IMG/VR virus record: IMGVR_UViG_3300017780_005927
Coordinates: 1 to 26,567 of that record
DNA: 26,567 bases
Strand: one strand, 5' to 3'
DNA from: a virus
Lineage: Duplodnaviria > Caudoviricetes
In this document: positions 26,260-26,567 of the stretch, in pieces
Numbering within the stretch: the stretch's first letter is position 1
Layout of the letters: each line of letters starts with the position of its first letter
Notes under the pieces: generated by a model
Database searches by the model: none
What the model was told of the DNA's origin: nothing
The model's input: the letters and a program-made list of their open reading frames with translations, nothing else
Translations under genes and position numbers: made by a program

Positions 26260-26493
26260 ATGAACATCAGTTCTGAAATAATCCTCGGGCTGATGACCAC
26301 GGGCGGCGCGGTGCTGGCAGCGGCCGTCGCTCGCATGTGGGTGTGGTTCACGGAGGAACTGAAAGAGTGCAAAGGCGATCGCCGTGAGTTGCATGGTAAA
26401 CTCGACGTCATGCACGGCAGGATCGCCGAGATATCGCAGACGGTTGGAAGATTGAGTGGCAAGATCGATGAACAAATGGAGAGTGAAGAATGA
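26260..26493 (+). CDS. single-TM coiled-coil protein (holin-like)
   Basis: N-terminal hydrophobic helix followed by a charged coiled coil. Confidence 0.55.
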   Translation: MNISSEIILGLMTTGGAVLAAAVARMWVWFTEELKECKGDRRELHGKLDVMHGRIAEISQTVGRLSGKIDEQMESEE

Positions 26494-26567
26494 AAGTCGT
26501 GGCAACAAAAAACGTCAACGGGGCATGGTATTGGCGGCTGGTTGGCGGCAACGGCGAGTGCATGGCG
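26490..26567 (+). CDS. DUF1508/YegP-like protein (partial, runs off the window)
   Basis: MKVVATKNVNGAWYWRLVGGNGECMA matches the G.W.WRL.A.NGE.IA pattern. ATGA overlap. Confidence 0.65.
   Translation, partial: MKVVATKNVNGAWYWRLVGGNGECMA

Noticed and set aside
44-26508. Numerous minus-strand ORFs (e.g. 4608-5132, 12525-13052, 16081-16602)
   Set aside because: All are antisense shadows of well-supported + strand genes and show no motifs.
1-26567. Stop-codon reassignment, tRNA genes, integrase, introns or inteins
   Set aside because: Genes are full length in the standard code with all three stops used. No cloverleaf, recombinase or splicing motifs were seen.

Overview
The window is the late (virion and lysis) region of a tailed dsDNA phage or prophage with siphovirus-like gene order. 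All credible genes are on the + strand and are tightly packed, many with ATGA/TAATG overlaps. Order: terminase large subunit, portal, prohead protease/scaffold, decoration protein, major capsid, intrinsic terminator, neck genes, tail tube, tail assembly chaperone with a -1 slippery site, 978-aa tape measure and two Cys-rich tail-tip proteins. These are followed by a ~6.6 kb block of five glycosyl/phosphotransferase-like genes, two SAM methyltransferases and a radical SAM enzyme. Next come a GC-rich intergenic hairpin and a holin-like-flanked cassette (exported SNase nuclease, exported Pro-rich protein, papain-like protease, exported WCGPC thioredoxin) with no recognisable peptidoglycan hydrolase. 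Main hypotheses: (1) a virion glycosylation system acting on Ser-Ala repeats and Ser-rich tails of structural proteins; (2) a Cys-rich, possibly disulfide-crosslinked virion with a Cys-free tape measure; (3) a protease/disulfide-reductase lysis cassette. Also present are a diverged 136-bp duplication with a 12-bp (VCTT) tandem repeat and a polyproline micro-ORF before the protease. All calls come from motif reading and synteny; no database searches were run.
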